Shown: piece by piece, positions 41,440 through 55,695 of the stretch | Layout: each line of letters begins with the position of its first letter | Numbering within the stretch: position 1 is the stretch's first letter | NCBI GenBank assembly: GCA_951406725.2 | Contig: OX597819.1 | Location: 93,392,001-93,516,000 of the forward strand | Source: Octopus vulgaris | Taxonomy: Eukaryota | Direction of reading: 5' to 3' | Length of the DNA: 124,000 bases | Notes under the pieces: model-generated | What the model saw: only the letters and a program-made list of their open reading frames with translations | Told to the model about the DNA's origin: nothing | The model's database searches: none | Translations under genes and position numbers: made by a program

Positions 41440-41860
41440 TTTTCTAATTTCCTTATTGCCCACAAAGGGCTACACTTAGATGGGACAAACAAGGACAGAC
41501 AAACGGGTTAAGTCAATTATATCGACTCCAGTGCGTAACTGGTACTTATTTAATCGACCCCGAAATGATGAAAGGCAAAGTTGACCTCGGCGGATTTTGA
41601 ACTCAAAACGTAGCGGAAGACGAAATACCTATTTCTTTACTACCCACAAGTGGCTAAACACAGAGCGGACAAACAAGGACAGACATACGGATTAAGTTGA
41701 TTATATCGACCCCAGTGCGTAATTGGTCCTTAGTTTATCAACCCCGAAAGGATGAAAGGCAAAGTTGACCTCAGCGGAATTTGAACTCAGAACGTAACGG
41801 CCGACGAAATACGGCTACGCATTTCGCCCGGCGTGTTAACGTTTCTGCCAGCTCGCCGTC
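41440..41860 (-). mobile_element. SINE family B dimer
   Basis: Two units joined at gaaatacc|tatttcttt. Confidence 0.78.
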
Positions 41861-42645
41861 ATAAGAGAATACAAATTTGATGTTTTCATCCTCGCAAGAG
41901 ACAGATCTGTGAACCGAATCTCCTCAATGAGTTTGATCGTTTTGCAACTTAAAATTAGTATTTTATTGATGGGATGAGAAACGCGGCAGTAAGAGAGGAG
42001 GCGGATGATGTCATATTTTTATTGCAATCGTTGAGTGCGATAATTTTCATATTTGTAAATCCAAGCGCACATACGCACATTGATATTCTCAAGCCTTCAT
42101 TTCCACCATTTTAGGTCACTTTGACACATCCAACGAAATATTTCTAGGATTTGCAATTAATTCTTTATAGTTCGCATTTCTGATCGAGATATGGGTATGT
42201 ATAATTATTAGCTACCATGTTTGTTCAATACAACAAAAAAAAACAAAAAAAAATAATGAACAATATACAACATATACACATGCATATATCAGGACATATT
42301 CAGACATATGTACACACACACACACACACACACACATATATGTACAGTTACCTAAATGTATATAGATATATAGATATATATAGATATGTATGTGCAAACG
42401 CACATTCACACACTTTTACGCTTACGCCTACATACATACAGGTTTTATGATTTTGTGCCACGTGAGTGTTATTTTTTTATATATATATAAGTGTAAAACG
42501 CTGTTTGTACAAATCTGGTGTGAGTGGTTTGTTTTGTTTAATTTTATTGTGAGTATGTAGCTCTGTAAAAATCACAATGCAGCGACTGGTTTAACTCGTA
42601 GCTACAAATACAAATATTTACCTCAAACAATATAGATAGACAGAC

Positions 42646-42715
<70 letters not shown>

Positions 42716-43699
42716 GTGTGTGGGGGTGGATGAAGGGCAACAAGATGGAGAAGTTTAAATGTACTTTACGGTTGATACTCAGCATGAAATCCTATCGGTT
42801 GATGCCCGAGGAATCATGGGCGAGTAGGCAATTTTTGTAAGATTTTTATTCACAATAGAACAATTGGCTGTATTTGGAAAGTAACCAGCACGCATTTTGC
42901 AAAAAAATATGCAAGCCATTTCTTGCTATTGTTAGTATTATCTAAATTCCAGCAAGAATTTTCGCCTCTTGCTAGAAACCAGCTGCTTCTTCATATAAAG
43001 AATCCAAATATTGTTAAAATAAACATAGTCTTTACAAAAAGCAAAAGACAACGGACATTAAATTTGAGTTCAGCTGTAATATTTTTCGCCTGAATTCAGA
43101 GCTGGATTTAGCAGACTGATATCTATGGCCTCAGACTTTAGAAGGCCTCGGGCCAAGATATGTACTTATACGATTATTTCTGTCTATCAGCCCTTTCACG
43201 CTTATTCGTTCATTCCACTCTTCGTTCTTTTGCTCCCCCTCTCTCACATTTCTTTGCCTTCTCTTCTTGCCTACTTTCCCTCCACTTTTCACTTCACTAT
43301 GTCCCTGTCATTTTTTCTCGCCCCTCCTTAATTCTTCTGTCCCTCTGCTTCTACTTCTCTCTCTTTTCTTCCCACGTGACCGGCGTTCGGCCAAGCCTGT
43401 TCTTTCTTTCTTGGTCTGGTCGTTGTCCGTGCAACATCGATATTCTTCCCAATGTTTGTGAAAGTTTTGTATCTCTGCCGTAAGGCTTCATTTCCATACA
43501 CGCCAGCTTAATTCAATTCGTCCTTAGTCGAAAGACACCTGTTGTTATGTTCTGTTATTATTTTTATTGCATTTGTATTTGTGTAACATTGTCCGTTTAT
43601 TCCGTCTTTGTCTTTGTATACACTCGCTGCTTTCTTCCAAGGAATCTAATGCTCTTAGCTTAGTTTTTCCTTGGGGCTGGCCAGATTAGAGCATCTCAA

Positions 43700-43870
43700 G
43701 TATAATCAGCCGAAATTGCGAGGATAATTTGGTGCTTGACTGAGGAAAGAAAACTTCGAATGACTCGTCCTTGTTTACTTTGTATCGTCTATCTGGATGT
43801 TTTGTAGTCCCATTTATATATCACCTAGCTGCCTGGATGTTTTGCGTTCTTGTCCCATTTTGTATTTTAG
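43700..43870 (+). mobile_element. Short repeat family ending at microsatellites (also 45575-45740 and 55506-55695)
   Basis: Shared ttgactga.ga...cttcgaatgac...ggatgttttgcgttcttgtcccattttgtatttta. Confidence 0.65.
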
Positions 43871-43879
43871 AGTAAAAGA

Positions 43880-43918
<39 letters not shown>

Positions 43919-43942
43919 TATGTATGTATGTCTGTATGTGTG

Positions 43943-43995
<53 letters not shown>

Positions 43996-44284
43996 GTGTG
44001 TGTGTGTATATATATATATGTGTGTGTATATATATATATATATGTGTGTGTGTGTATATATATATATGTGTGTGTATATATATATATGTGTGTATATATA
44101 TATGTGTATATATATATATATATATGTGTGTGTATATATATATATATATGTGTGTGTATATATATATATATATGTGTGTGTATATATATATATATGTGTG
44201 TGTATATATATATATATATGTGTGTGTATATATATATATATATGTGTGTGTATATATATATGTGTGTGTATATATATATATATA

Positions 44285-44326
<42 letters not shown>

Positions 44327-45053
44327 CATGTGTGTGTGTGTGTGTGTGTGTTGATACCGGTGTGAATGGTTTTGTTAAGTGGTGTCGAGTTTTACAATTC
44401 TGTAAATAATAATAATGGTATTTTATAAGCTTAAAGCTTATAGCAATCACCGCGCAAATGACTAAAGAAAATAGTCTAATAATGGGGCATATAAGCCTTC
44501 GACAGAAAAATGTAGGCTTTCCCGTACGGAAGCCTATAAACAGTAACACAGATGGGTTATTGTTTATTCTTCATCTAACTCGAAACCTTTAATGCGTTTG
44601 GATCTGGAGCCTATATACACGACGGTGGATTATGTGCAGTAGCGTACCGATGTGTGGTTTTCAATACACGTCGTGTTATCAATCAGTATTTGTGAATGTG
44701 TGCGTAATTAGAATGACAAATCTGTATTTACATTAGTAAGTAAATATATGTCAGTACACGTTGTTAGTGCACAGGTGCGCTATCCCCGACTGTACCTTGT
44801 TGTTTTTACTATTTAAATGCCTGATTCTATTGGATCTTGAAAACTTATGATACCTATGTATGTGTGTATGTATGTATGTATGTATGTATGTATGCATGTA
44901 TACATATATATATATATATATATATGTAATGTGTGTGTGTATGTTTGTATATGTATATATGTAATGTGTGTGTGTGTATGTTTGTATATGTATATATGTA
45001 ATGTGTGTGTGTATGTTTGTATATGTATATATGTATGTGTGTGTATATGTATG

Positions 45054-45086
<33 letters not shown>

Positions 45087-45101
45087 CCATGTATATATAT
45101 G

Positions 45102-45132
<31 letters not shown>

Positions 45133-46393
45133 ATATATGTGTATATATATATAACAATTAAGTAACACGGATGTGATGTCAAGGTATTAGTGCATTACGG
45201 CCGTTTCAAGCGGCTCCATTTAATCGAACAATACAAGCATTATATCAATTTGAAATGCACCGCCATCTTCGGATGCATAAGGCCATATAGGTTTTCGACA
45301 TACTGGATACTCCATTATAATTTTTAGTAAACATTTCATCAGAACTAGAGAATGAAAGAATTACATGTTGCTATTATTATGGCAGAATCAACTTTGGGAG
45401 AAAAATACCCCAACTATAATTTGGAGTGGCGGAAGAGAATAACAATGGGGGTCATTAAATGGTAATATAGCTACAATTTTCATCTGTCTCCTTATCACCA
45501 TCCAAAGATCTAATGCAGCCAGTATTCTCCGTCTACTAAGTATATATATATGAGAGAGAACAAAGTGTACGTGCGCCGCTAGCCGAAATTGTGAGGATGA
45601 TCCGGTTCTTGACTGAAGATAGAGGGCTTCGAATGACCCGTCCTTTTTGTATCGTCTATCTGGATGTTTTGTTGTTCTTTTTTGTATCACCTAGTTGTCC
45701 AGATGTTTTGCGTTCTTGTCCCATTTTGTATTTTATTTTATGTGTGTGTGTATATATATATATATACGACTGGTTTAAATTGGGAGAGTTCAGTCAAGCG
45801 TGACTCAGCTAAACACCAGTAATACTAAGGAAACAATATAGCTCCGTTTAGTGGTTGCCCAACTTCACTATGTTTACTTTGGGACTGAGACATCAAAATT
45901 GTTGCCATCGATTACTATTTGCAAGTTCCTTTTGTGTATAAAGCAGTTTCACATTTTTATTGTCCCCGAGACAACTGAAATGTTATTGGTTCTGCTGAGA
46001 TTTTGCACAGGAGATTTTTCGAAACTTCAAAGTTTCTATACTTTATTCCATATAATTTTTGAATACTCACATTTTACCTGTAAGAAAATATCAAAAAGTT
46101 CAGATTCTTTTAACACCAGGTGATTGAAGAACCCAGTGCATGCCCATTTGAGATAAGGTGGTGTGGTTTTATTGCCGTTGTTGTTCAACAGATCTGTCAT
46201 CAGAACCATTCTAGATTGCGACTATTCCGTTTTTACGTATATTGTGGTCTTCGGGGTATATGTACATATTAGTTCCAGGATTCGCTAAAATCTAAGTGCA
46301 TCAACAGGTACGATACCATAACACTGAATTCACAATGAGGTAAAACACAACAGATGTAGTAAATTTTAAACCCCATTTGTGTTCTTCTTCATG

Positions 46394-46430
<37 letters not shown>

Positions 46431-46470
46431 GATCTCAGATCAAATTACTTCCTATGCGAGTACATCTCCG

Positions 46471-46506
<36 letters not shown>

Positions 46507-46651
46507 GCATGCGCGCACATACATGCATACACACACATAAATTATCATGTAAGCATAGTAGATGTACATCATGGACACTCTGCGTCCTTTAATCAAGACT
46601 ATAGAGAGGACATTTTACACCAATTTCTAGTAAGTGTGGAGGCTCTATTGT

Positions 46652-46774
46652 TGGTTATACAGAGTTATACAACGGGTTATACAACGGGTTATACAAAGGG
46701 TTATACAAAGGGTTATACAAAGGGTTATACAAAGGGTTATACAAAGAGTTGTACAAAGAGTTATACAAAGGTTA
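46652..46774. repeat. 12-bp minisatellite (GGGTTATACAAA-like), about 9-10 copies
   Basis: Direct reading; VIQR repeat in the ORF track. Confidence 0.9.
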
Positions 46775-48569
46775 CTGTTAGTTTCTAAGTTAAAATTCCA
46801 TACAAGTCCTTCCTTCAAAGATATTTCAGATGTAAACTAATACCTATATAATTCTGAGGGTTGTATCTATAAAAGTTCTAACGTTTTAAAGAGGTTGAGT
46901 TGATCAATAAGCACGCGTGTTCCCGTGAATGTTTTCTGGGTGCTTTTAATTCATTTGTGATTTTAGTATAGGAAAGAAACCCAAATTTTCTACCGGTTGA
47001 GAATAGATATGTTCCATAAAATTAACAATACTCCCTGTGATCTCGTATTTTATGCGTTCATAAATCAATTACATCAGACGCCTACAGTTGCTAAGAGTTG
47101 AGCAATACGGGGAGGAGATGATCTATTCAAGTACCAGATCCTACAAATGAAATCCCATACTGAGCTTATGACTACATCGAACTGCATGACATTGTTAATA
47201 ACAATAAGACATAAACATTTGCGTATTAGTATGTTCATACATTTAGTAAAGGATGCGTAGTTCACATCGAAACGCATCGCCTGCTAAGCGAATAAACCTA
47301 CCACAATTATATAACGGGAACATTATATTTAGCAAAAGATGAAAGGCTACTTGTTAAATCAAAGAATGGATATATTTCTCCTTGTTGACTAAATACTTCT
47401 AAAACTGTAGATGTTGTTGTATCTTACATAACAAAGTAAATTAGCACTACACAGAATTTAATTTCTGTGCATTATAAACGAATCTTTTTCAAGTACAAAG
47501 CTGCTTTTGAAAAGGGGAGAGTAATGAAACCAATCACCTCGATAGCTACATGTGACTACATTGAACGTATAAAATATTTATTTCCTTTCTTATACCGCCA
47601 TCACCAACGGCAACACCCTCACCACGTACAAATATATAATAATGATTTCTTAATTAGAAATTATGCCCTCGAGGTCATAATGGAAGCGATATGGAAAATT
47701 GAAACATTCATAGCTAATCTAAGAAGGTTACTGGAATAATTGAAGTGGCTCGAATTGGGAATTAAAGAAGAAGAGGAAGGAGAGGAAGGAGAGGAAGAAA
47801 ACTACAAATTTTTAGATTCGATTCGTCGAGAACTTACTGTTGCACTGCGGGATATAAAGTTAGATTGTTGTAGAGTATAATCAATTCACATCCGTCAGTA
47901 CCATGGCGACCCCACTAAATCCAACAGACCGTAGGGCCATAAACGACGAGTTTATTTTCAAGTGATGGTGTATCTAAGACAAATCAGATTGATAGAGAGA
48001 CACTAGTTATCAGTAAGAAGAGTTGAATTTAAGACAGGCGGTGATAGCAGTCTTCAAGACAAGTTGGCAGGTCACAGTCACTGAAAAGATTGCAAATGGC
48101 GACGAAAGAACTTTGACGAACGAAAATATATGAACGAATGAATTAATTAATTAATAAACCATTGACTGTCTAACAATCGAGTAGTTAGTCGAATAGATAT
48201 TTAACCAATTGACTGGTAATAAAGAAGTGAAGTTGAACCAGCGCGTGTGTTAATATTGGCGTAATGACTCTCCCAAAACCAAACAAAATTTGTTTTAACA
48301 TACGAATTCACATAAGGAATCTTACAAATCAAATACAAAAACGAAGTTGAATTTAAATTATACAAAATAGCAAACTCTCAAGATTTTGATGAAACTAACA
48401 AAACACTCGTGAATTTTATAGTGCTGCTGCTGCCTGCAGCATTGTCTACATTTTATTGATTTCTGCACTATTGTTGTTGACGATACTGCGATCAGATGGG
48501 CCTATGATTAAAAATGCTCTTTACATGATATGAGCGTGGATGGCCTAGTCGGGTCCCTTGGTAACATCT

Positions 48570-48935
48570 TTTAACTTGCTTGTTGTAGTCATTGGACTGC
48601 GACCATGCTGGGGCACCTTTTTGATGGACTTTGTGGAACAAATCGATATCAATACTTATTTTTATATCAGGTATTTATTCTACCGGTTTCTCTTTCTTGT
48701 CGAACAGCTATGGTCTGTAGACGCAAACAAACCAACACCAGTTGTCGAGCGGTTAGAAGGGACCAACACATGCACACATACATAAACACATACATGCACA
48801 TATATACGAGGGCTTCTGCACAGTTTGCATCTACCAAATTCACTCACAAGGCACTGGTCAGCCCAGGGCAATAGTAAAAGGCAGTTGCGCAAGGTGATGT
48901 GTAGTGGGGCTGAACATATCAGTAATATTCAATAG
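48570..48935 (-). mobile_element. SINE family A, diverged
   Basis: Body homology. Confidence 0.65.
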
Positions 48936-50676
48936 AAGCGGTATTAAATTAAAATAGTCATCTACGTATCATGCATAATGTAAATACATTGTTGAAAGGC
49001 AAATTTACTGTGGTGTTCGTCCAGAGACAATATCCCTTATGGATGTGCTGTGTTAAAAAAACACTATATGTATTAGATGGAGACGAAAATGCATCGGTCG
49101 ACCAGGGTCTACTGTAGAAGATATTCGCCCGAGGTGCCACGCAGTAGGACTGTACCTGAAACCACATAGCTACAAAGCGAATATCTCACCACACAACCAA
49201 CCAGTAATATGCTCAGATCACAGCAGTAGAATCAATTAAAAATTGTGTATTAAATAAGTGTTTATTAAACCATTGACTTTTAGTTGTTGTTGTTTAGTTA
49301 ATAGTCATTCTGAGCAAGGTGATATAAGATCGAGGATATTCCAACCATAGCCACCCTTCATTAAAAGGAATAAAAATAATGGCATATACCCAATATACCA
49401 TTCCTTTTATTTATACGAGACGGCAAGCTGTGATTTGAAAGGTATTTGGCTGTAACTTGAGTCATTACGTTGAAGTTCCCTCGTTTTATTGTCTGCATAT
49501 TCATTGAAAACATTTGTAAACCAATCGGAAATTAAAGAAACCAAAATAATAAGGGAGATTCGAAACCCTGTTTAATAATACCCAAGTGCAAGAACTGGTC
49601 ATGACCACATCTTGATATGTTTCATTTATAACCTAACTTTCATTGGAGAAATGTCTATAAACTTTCCCTCCGTGTTTTACACGATTTTATTGCTTTGAAT
49701 CTCTACCAGGAGATAGTAATATATCTTAGATTTGGCCCTTATCGCGAGAGAAACTGGCAACTTTATTACAAGCCTTCGCCAAGGGAACCACAGAACTTAA
49801 ACAAATTTATCGAGAGAATTAAGAAGTCGTTATTCAAAACCATTACCAAGAAGTCGACTAAGTATTTTTTATAATCTCCTCTTATAGATCCCGTAAAGTT
49901 ACACTTTATTGGAAAGAACAATTTTAATTCGTACCTTTTGTTAGGAGAGGCAAAGGCTGATGGTGGGTACTATCGATAATTTCAAGAGTAAGTTTGCCGA
50001 CTTACTGTATGTATTCGTGCATACTGCGCAAAATTTAATACCCAAGATAAAATTAAAAGAAAAAAAGACGCCAAAGTTAAAATTGGAGGATAGCATTATA
50101 CTCGAGTATAAAACAGAAGATAAGTGGATTAAACTATATATTACAAACAGAGCTGGCACAAGAACTAGTGGGAATCACATTATATTCGAGATTACATTGC
50201 GCCAGAATAAATAAGGTAAATATTTAACTGAAATAAATGATCTTGGTTGATTTAGGTGCAGGCATAGATAAATGGTAAGAAGTTAGCTTCCCAACCACAT
50301 GGTTCTGGGTTCAGTCCCACTACGTAGCACCTAAGACTAGTGCCTTCTGCTATAATCTCGAAGCTACCTACACACACATGCACACAAATACTTCTGAGTT
50401 CAATTATCACTGAGATCGATAAAATAAGTACCAGTTGAGCAACTGGGGTCGATGTAATCGACTTACTTACTTCCCTGAATTTACTGGACTTATGCTAAAT
50501 TTTGAACCGAATATACAAATGTAATATACACATTGTGTGTGTGTGTGTTTTATAATATATTATCAATATCAGGAAATCAATATTAGAAAATTATAATATT
50601 TATATATGTAAATATGTATAAGTATAAATATATAATGTATATGACAGTTTAAAAGTTTTGAATTAAGTTTTTAAAG

Positions 50677-50768
50677 CATCTTACGATTGTTTCGCAGAAG
50701 TGCTGTCCCTATAATGGAATCCTATATTGATAAGCATTTATAGACAACTCTTCTGCTCTTCAGAGATA
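50677..50768 (-). ncRNA. Type I hammerhead ribozyme fold with long stem II
   Basis: Stem I UAUCU/AGAUG; CUGAAGA; stem II GCAGAAG/CUUCUGC extended by GUUGUC/GACAGC and UAUAA/UUAUA; GAAAC-AAUC-GUA. Confidence 0.72.
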
Positions 50769-51210
50769 TAATTTGAATTTTGTATAATATATCGAATGGT
50801 AGTTGTTGTTTTTTTTAAATATGAAGTTATACTATAAAATGGTATTTGTTTGAAATATAAATTAAAAATTGCTGCTTTTGATTTTGGTAAGTACACTTTA
50901 GTATGAGAGTCTTTAAATCCATATATACTTCCTTGGTTAGTCTTCTGTAATAATCCATAATAGTTATGCGTAAAATCCATTATATTGTCTTGTATTCCAA
51001 ATATAGTTCATAGACTTAGATAATATAGAATAATGGAATCCTACATTGATAAGCATTTATAGATAACTCTTCTGCTCTTCAGTAATATCAAATGTGAAAT
51101 TTGTATAATTTAATGAATGGTAGTTTTTGTTTTTTTTAATTATGAAGTAATATGGGAAAATGAGGTTTGATTTAAATTTTAAATTACTGCTTTTGATTTT
51201 GGTAAGTAAA
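50711..51210 (-). repeat. Diverged partial tandem duplication (period about 319 bp) carrying the HHR 5' half twice
   Basis: ataatggaatccta.attgataagcatttataga.aactcttctgctcttcag at 50711 and 51030. Confidence 0.75.
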
Positions 51211-51236
51211 CTAGTATGTATGTATATACATACATA

Positions 51237-52090
51237 CTAGCAGAGATACCCGGCGTTACTTGGATTAAAATGGCATAGTTTGTATATAATATATTACAGT
51301 TATGTTGAAATAGGTGATATAGGAAAGTGCAGCATTGACAGCAAAACATTTGTGGAGTAAATGATGGGCTAATTCGACTAAGCAACATGCTATGCCTTTG
51401 TCTGGAGTACCTCAGACAGGCCCTAACCTGTCATGGAAAATGGGTGTGGGCTGTTATGTGATTTTTGAACGCACCGAAAAGCTGTCAGTGGATATATTCT
51501 CTTTTGCAGCAGTCGGCGCTGTGTCTAACACGACTCATCATCTGAAATTTTAACACCTCCTTGGAGGAACTGTGGTTGTTTCTTTTTCAGTAATAAGGAA
51601 CCAATGAGGTGATAGACTTGCCCTTGAACTTTGACGTCGGCACAAATTCATGTTTACCTATCTTCTCATATGAACCAAACGATGTCATTTCATATGTAGA
51701 GTTGTATTGTCTGATAGAGTTCAGAAAATCCTTTGACTGGATGGAAGTGCCTTCTAGAAGATCCATAAGAGGTTGAGAAGGAGCCGGTAGTGCTGGCAAT
51801 GTTACCTGACCGCCTGAGCAACACATACCATTTGTTTCATTTGAAAATTTTAAAGCTCTACAGAAAAGACAATTTGTGTTTAGCACACCAATTTGTACGG
51901 AGTTAATATTTTTATAAGAATGGGAAGGATCATATCTGAAAACAGCTTCAGGAGTTGTGAAGAACGAATTTGTACGTAATCTGTTTCTGAGAGCTATTCT
52001 ATTAGGCCTCTGTCTAATCATTAAAACATTGATTAATGATCCAGCATTAAATGCTGCAACATGCATTTGCTGATGTTTAGAAAATCTCAT
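51237..52090 (-). mobile_element. Internally deleted Helitron: RepHel N-terminal fragment plus 3' terminus
   Basis: IGVLNTNCLFCRALKFSNETNGMCCSGGQVTLP...FLNSIRQYNSTYEMTSFG, then after a frameshift VQGQVYHLIGSLL...PQFLQ; degenerate hairpin and CTAG|T at 51263-51237 in the same orientation. Confidence 0.85.
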
Positions 52091-52599
52091 CTAGCTTCTC
52101 TCTTCAGGCTCTCGCCTTCGGTTTTATACTTGTTTCTGGAAAGATTACGTCTTTTCTTTGGTGACATTTTTTTTTTTCAATATTGTAAACAAATAATTAT
52201 GAACATAGAAAGAAATTATACATTTATCCCTATTTTTGTAAGTAACTGTATCCATAAAAATTTATTTGAAGAGAAGAGAAATTGAAAGAAGAGAAAGCGA
52301 AAAGGAGAAAGAAAATTAAAGATGTATGTACGTCTATAGGAAATGGACGCGTGTGTGTGTGTATACCTGCGTGCGTGCGCGTATGTGAGAGAGAAAGAGT
52401 GAGTGAGGGTGTGTGTCATGATGACTGATGTCTTTTAAGGTAAACACACATGTAGAAAATGGACGTCGTTGTATAAAATGTTTACGATAGTTGATTTGCG
52501 GAAAAGATTACAATGTTAAATTTTTGAAATGCAACTACGTGAATGGAAATTAAGTTTAATTTGTAGCCGAAATAGTACTAACTCTTTTTATACCCCATA

Positions 52600-53339
52600 C
52601 CTCAAAATCTGTAACTCGGTCTGAGGCCGTATGGGAAAATGAATGGAGGTAATAATGTCGCCATTACTAGTGACTGGTTGTTTGATTTTTGTCGCTCACG
52701 GTACTTGTTTTGGGAACAAGGCAAGCCAACAGTTGTTGTGTGTGTTCACCATCTGATCCTGGCAGAAATTTTTCTTGTCTGAGAAAAACCAAAGCATGTT
52801 CGGTTGAAGGGGATGGTAGAGTTTGTTCAAAGGTTTTGTAGCGTGGTCTTTCCTCTTGTCCTTAATGGCTTGGGATAAAAATTGGCCTTTTCTGATCTTG
52901 TATGAGGAAGACCGAATGTCTTCATACACTGCCTGATAAGAAACTCAGACACCCCAGTGTCCCTTGCGATTGATCTGATTGATTTGGAGAGATCGTTGTC
53001 AATCATGACCTAGAGATCACCAACAAATTCAGGAGTTCTTTCCTTAAAGAACGAGTTTTCCGAGCTGCCGTACCTTCGTAATCACCATTAGACTCACCTA
53101 ACTCTTTCCGAATTCTCTGCACTGCCCCTAGATTCACACCCAAACACCCTGAAATATTCGTATTGGAGCTTCCGGCGCAAATGCCAAGCGGTTCAGCATG
53201 TCATTTCTGGCAGAGGGAATTGCATCATGGTCCTGTTTTTCTCACAGACGGTGCCCAACTGTGTAGTCAACAAAAGCAAAAACAAGCAATGCACGTGCGA
53301 GAAATTAAAAATATATGATTTCGACAATTTACTCATCGC

Positions 53340-53345
<6 letters not shown>
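52600..53345 (-). mobile_element. maT/DD37D-like mariner transposon, 5' half, disrupted
   Basis: TIR-like AGGGTGCGATGAGTAAATTGTCG at the (TA)n edge; ...SKSIRSIARDTGVSEFLIRQ...EDIR.SSYKIRKGQFLSQAIKDKRKD...LWFFSDKKNFCQDQMVN. Confidence 0.82.
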
Positions 53346-53381
<36 letters not shown>

Positions 53382-53476
53382 CATACATACATATACATAC
53401 ATACATACATATATATATACATATACATACATACATATATATATATACATATACATACATATACATACATACATAC

Positions 53477-53529
<53 letters not shown>

Positions 53530-53576
53530 CATACATACATATACATACATACATATATATACATATGCATACATAC

Positions 53577-53615
<39 letters not shown>

Positions 53616-53630
53616 CATATACATAAATAC

Positions 53631-53671
<41 letters not shown>

Positions 53672-53726
53672 CATATATACATATACATATATATATACAT
53701 ACATATACATAAATATATAAACATAC

Positions 53727-53760
<34 letters not shown>

Positions 53761-53917
53761 ACATACATATATATACATATACATATATATACATACATAT
53801 ATATACATATACATATATACATACATATATATACATATACATATATACATACATATATACATATACATATATATATATACATACACATACATATATATAT
53901 ATATACATACATATATA

Positions 53918-53971
<54 letters not shown>

Positions 53972-53990
53972 CACATACATACATACATAC
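53345..53990. repeat. Compound (TA)/(ATAC) microsatellite
   Basis: Direct reading. Confidence 0.95.
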
Positions 53991-54340
53991 ACCTACACAT
54001 TTGGAATGCATTTTCTTCAGTATATAAATAGGCAATTATCTTCTTTTGTATTATTTTCACAGACTGTATTTATCTGTATACCTTTTTTCTTCTGTTATCA
54101 TAAGTTTTTAGCAGGCTTGAGCATAGGTGTGTTGTGAGTATGTGTGAGTAGATGTGGCGTATTGGTGTATATGTGCTTTGTGGGCTTGACTGCATACGTG
54201 TGTGTGATTATATTTGACATTTTTCGACAACTCTCTGCTATCAATTTTAATTTCTTTCATTTTAATTTTAGACCTCCTAATCCATATCACAAACAGCTCA
54301 TTAAGTTTAAATTCAAATGCACATACATGGTATGTACATG

Positions 54341-54389
<49 letters not shown>

Positions 54390-54739
54390 TGTGTAATCAG
54401 ACACCAAAGAGATTGAAGTTGGTCTACGTCAGCAAGACAATTATTATGTAATAAAATCAACAAAAAAAAAGAGTACACTGAATTCCAACCAGTATCTTTC
54501 CCTCCTTTTTTTCTTACAATTTATCTCAGTTTAGAGGATGTAAAACTCTGCTGTCTCACATTAATTTCACTCTTGTTAACTTTTCTCTCAAAAAAAAAGG
54601 AATGTTTGAAACGTCGGATTTTTCCACTCCTCCATGGCAAATTCGCTGCACTCTTTTCATCGATTTAACTATACACACACATACACATATATATATATAC
54701 ATGTAAATATATATATGTGTATGTATGTATGTATGTGTG

Positions 54740-54990
54740 TGTGGAGGCGCGTGGCTTTGTGGTTAGGGTGTCAGCATCATGGTCGTAAGATTGTGGTTGG
54801 TTTCGATTGCTGGACAGGGCGACACATTGTGTTTTTGAGCAAAACAACTCATTTCACGTTGCTCCAGTCCACTCAGCTGACAAAATTGAGTAACGCTGCG
54901 ATGGACTAGTGTCCCGTTCAGCTGGGGAACACATACGCCATTGAAACGGGAAACCGGGCCCATGAGCCTAGCTAGACTTTAAAAGGCACA
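54740..54990 (+). mobile_element. tRNA-derived SINE
   Basis: ggaggcgcgtggctttgtggttaggg head; gtttcgattgct B-box-like. Confidence 0.72.
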
Positions 54991-55505
54991 TTTATTATTT
55001 TCATATATATAGGGGGAGAAAGAGAGAGAGATGTACATACATGTATGTGTGGATGGATGGAGTGAAGGAACTATAATACGGGTCAACATTTCGCTTTAAT
55101 TTCAATATGACAAGGCTGTTCTGTTGATTAGATCATCCGAAACCCTTATTGTCATAACCGACGGAGTGCTAGTAGTAGTAGTAGTAGTAGTAGTAGTGTG
55201 TGTGTGTGTTCTCTTTCTCTTTTTAATTTAGAATGAATTTTGACCAGTTGCCTGCTTGGCAGCAAGGTTGTGAAGGAAAGCATCTTGTTTTGTCCATCGT
55301 CTTTTAAATCTTAAGAAGCTCTTGCAAATTTTTATAATCCCACTATGTATGTATACATGCATGTATGTATGTATGTATGTATGTATGTATGTATGCATGC
55401 ATGTATGTATGCATATATGTATGTATGCATGCATGCATGTATGTATGCATGTATGTATGCATGCATGTATGAATGCATGTATGCATGTATGTATGTATGT
55501 ATGTA

Positions 55506-55695
55506 TAAAATACAAAATGGGACAAGAATGCACAGCTGAAATTGCAAGGATTATCCGGTTTTTGACTGAGGATAGAAAGCTTCGAATGACCCATCCTTAT
55601 TTTTTCTTGTATCGTCTATCTGGATGTTTTGTTGTCCCTTTTTGTATCATTTAGTTGTCCGGATGTTTTGCGTTCTTGTCCCATTTTGTATTTTA
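55506..55695. mobile_element. Copy of the 43.7/45.6-kb family bounded by a 27-bp inverted repeat
   Basis: 55506-55532 matches the reverse complement of 55669-55695 with 1 mismatch. Confidence 0.7.

Noticed and set aside
43738-43772. CUGAGGA...CUUCGAAUGAC motif (also at 45613 and 55566)
   Set aside because: GAAU instead of GAAA, and no stem I or III pairing in any of the three copies.
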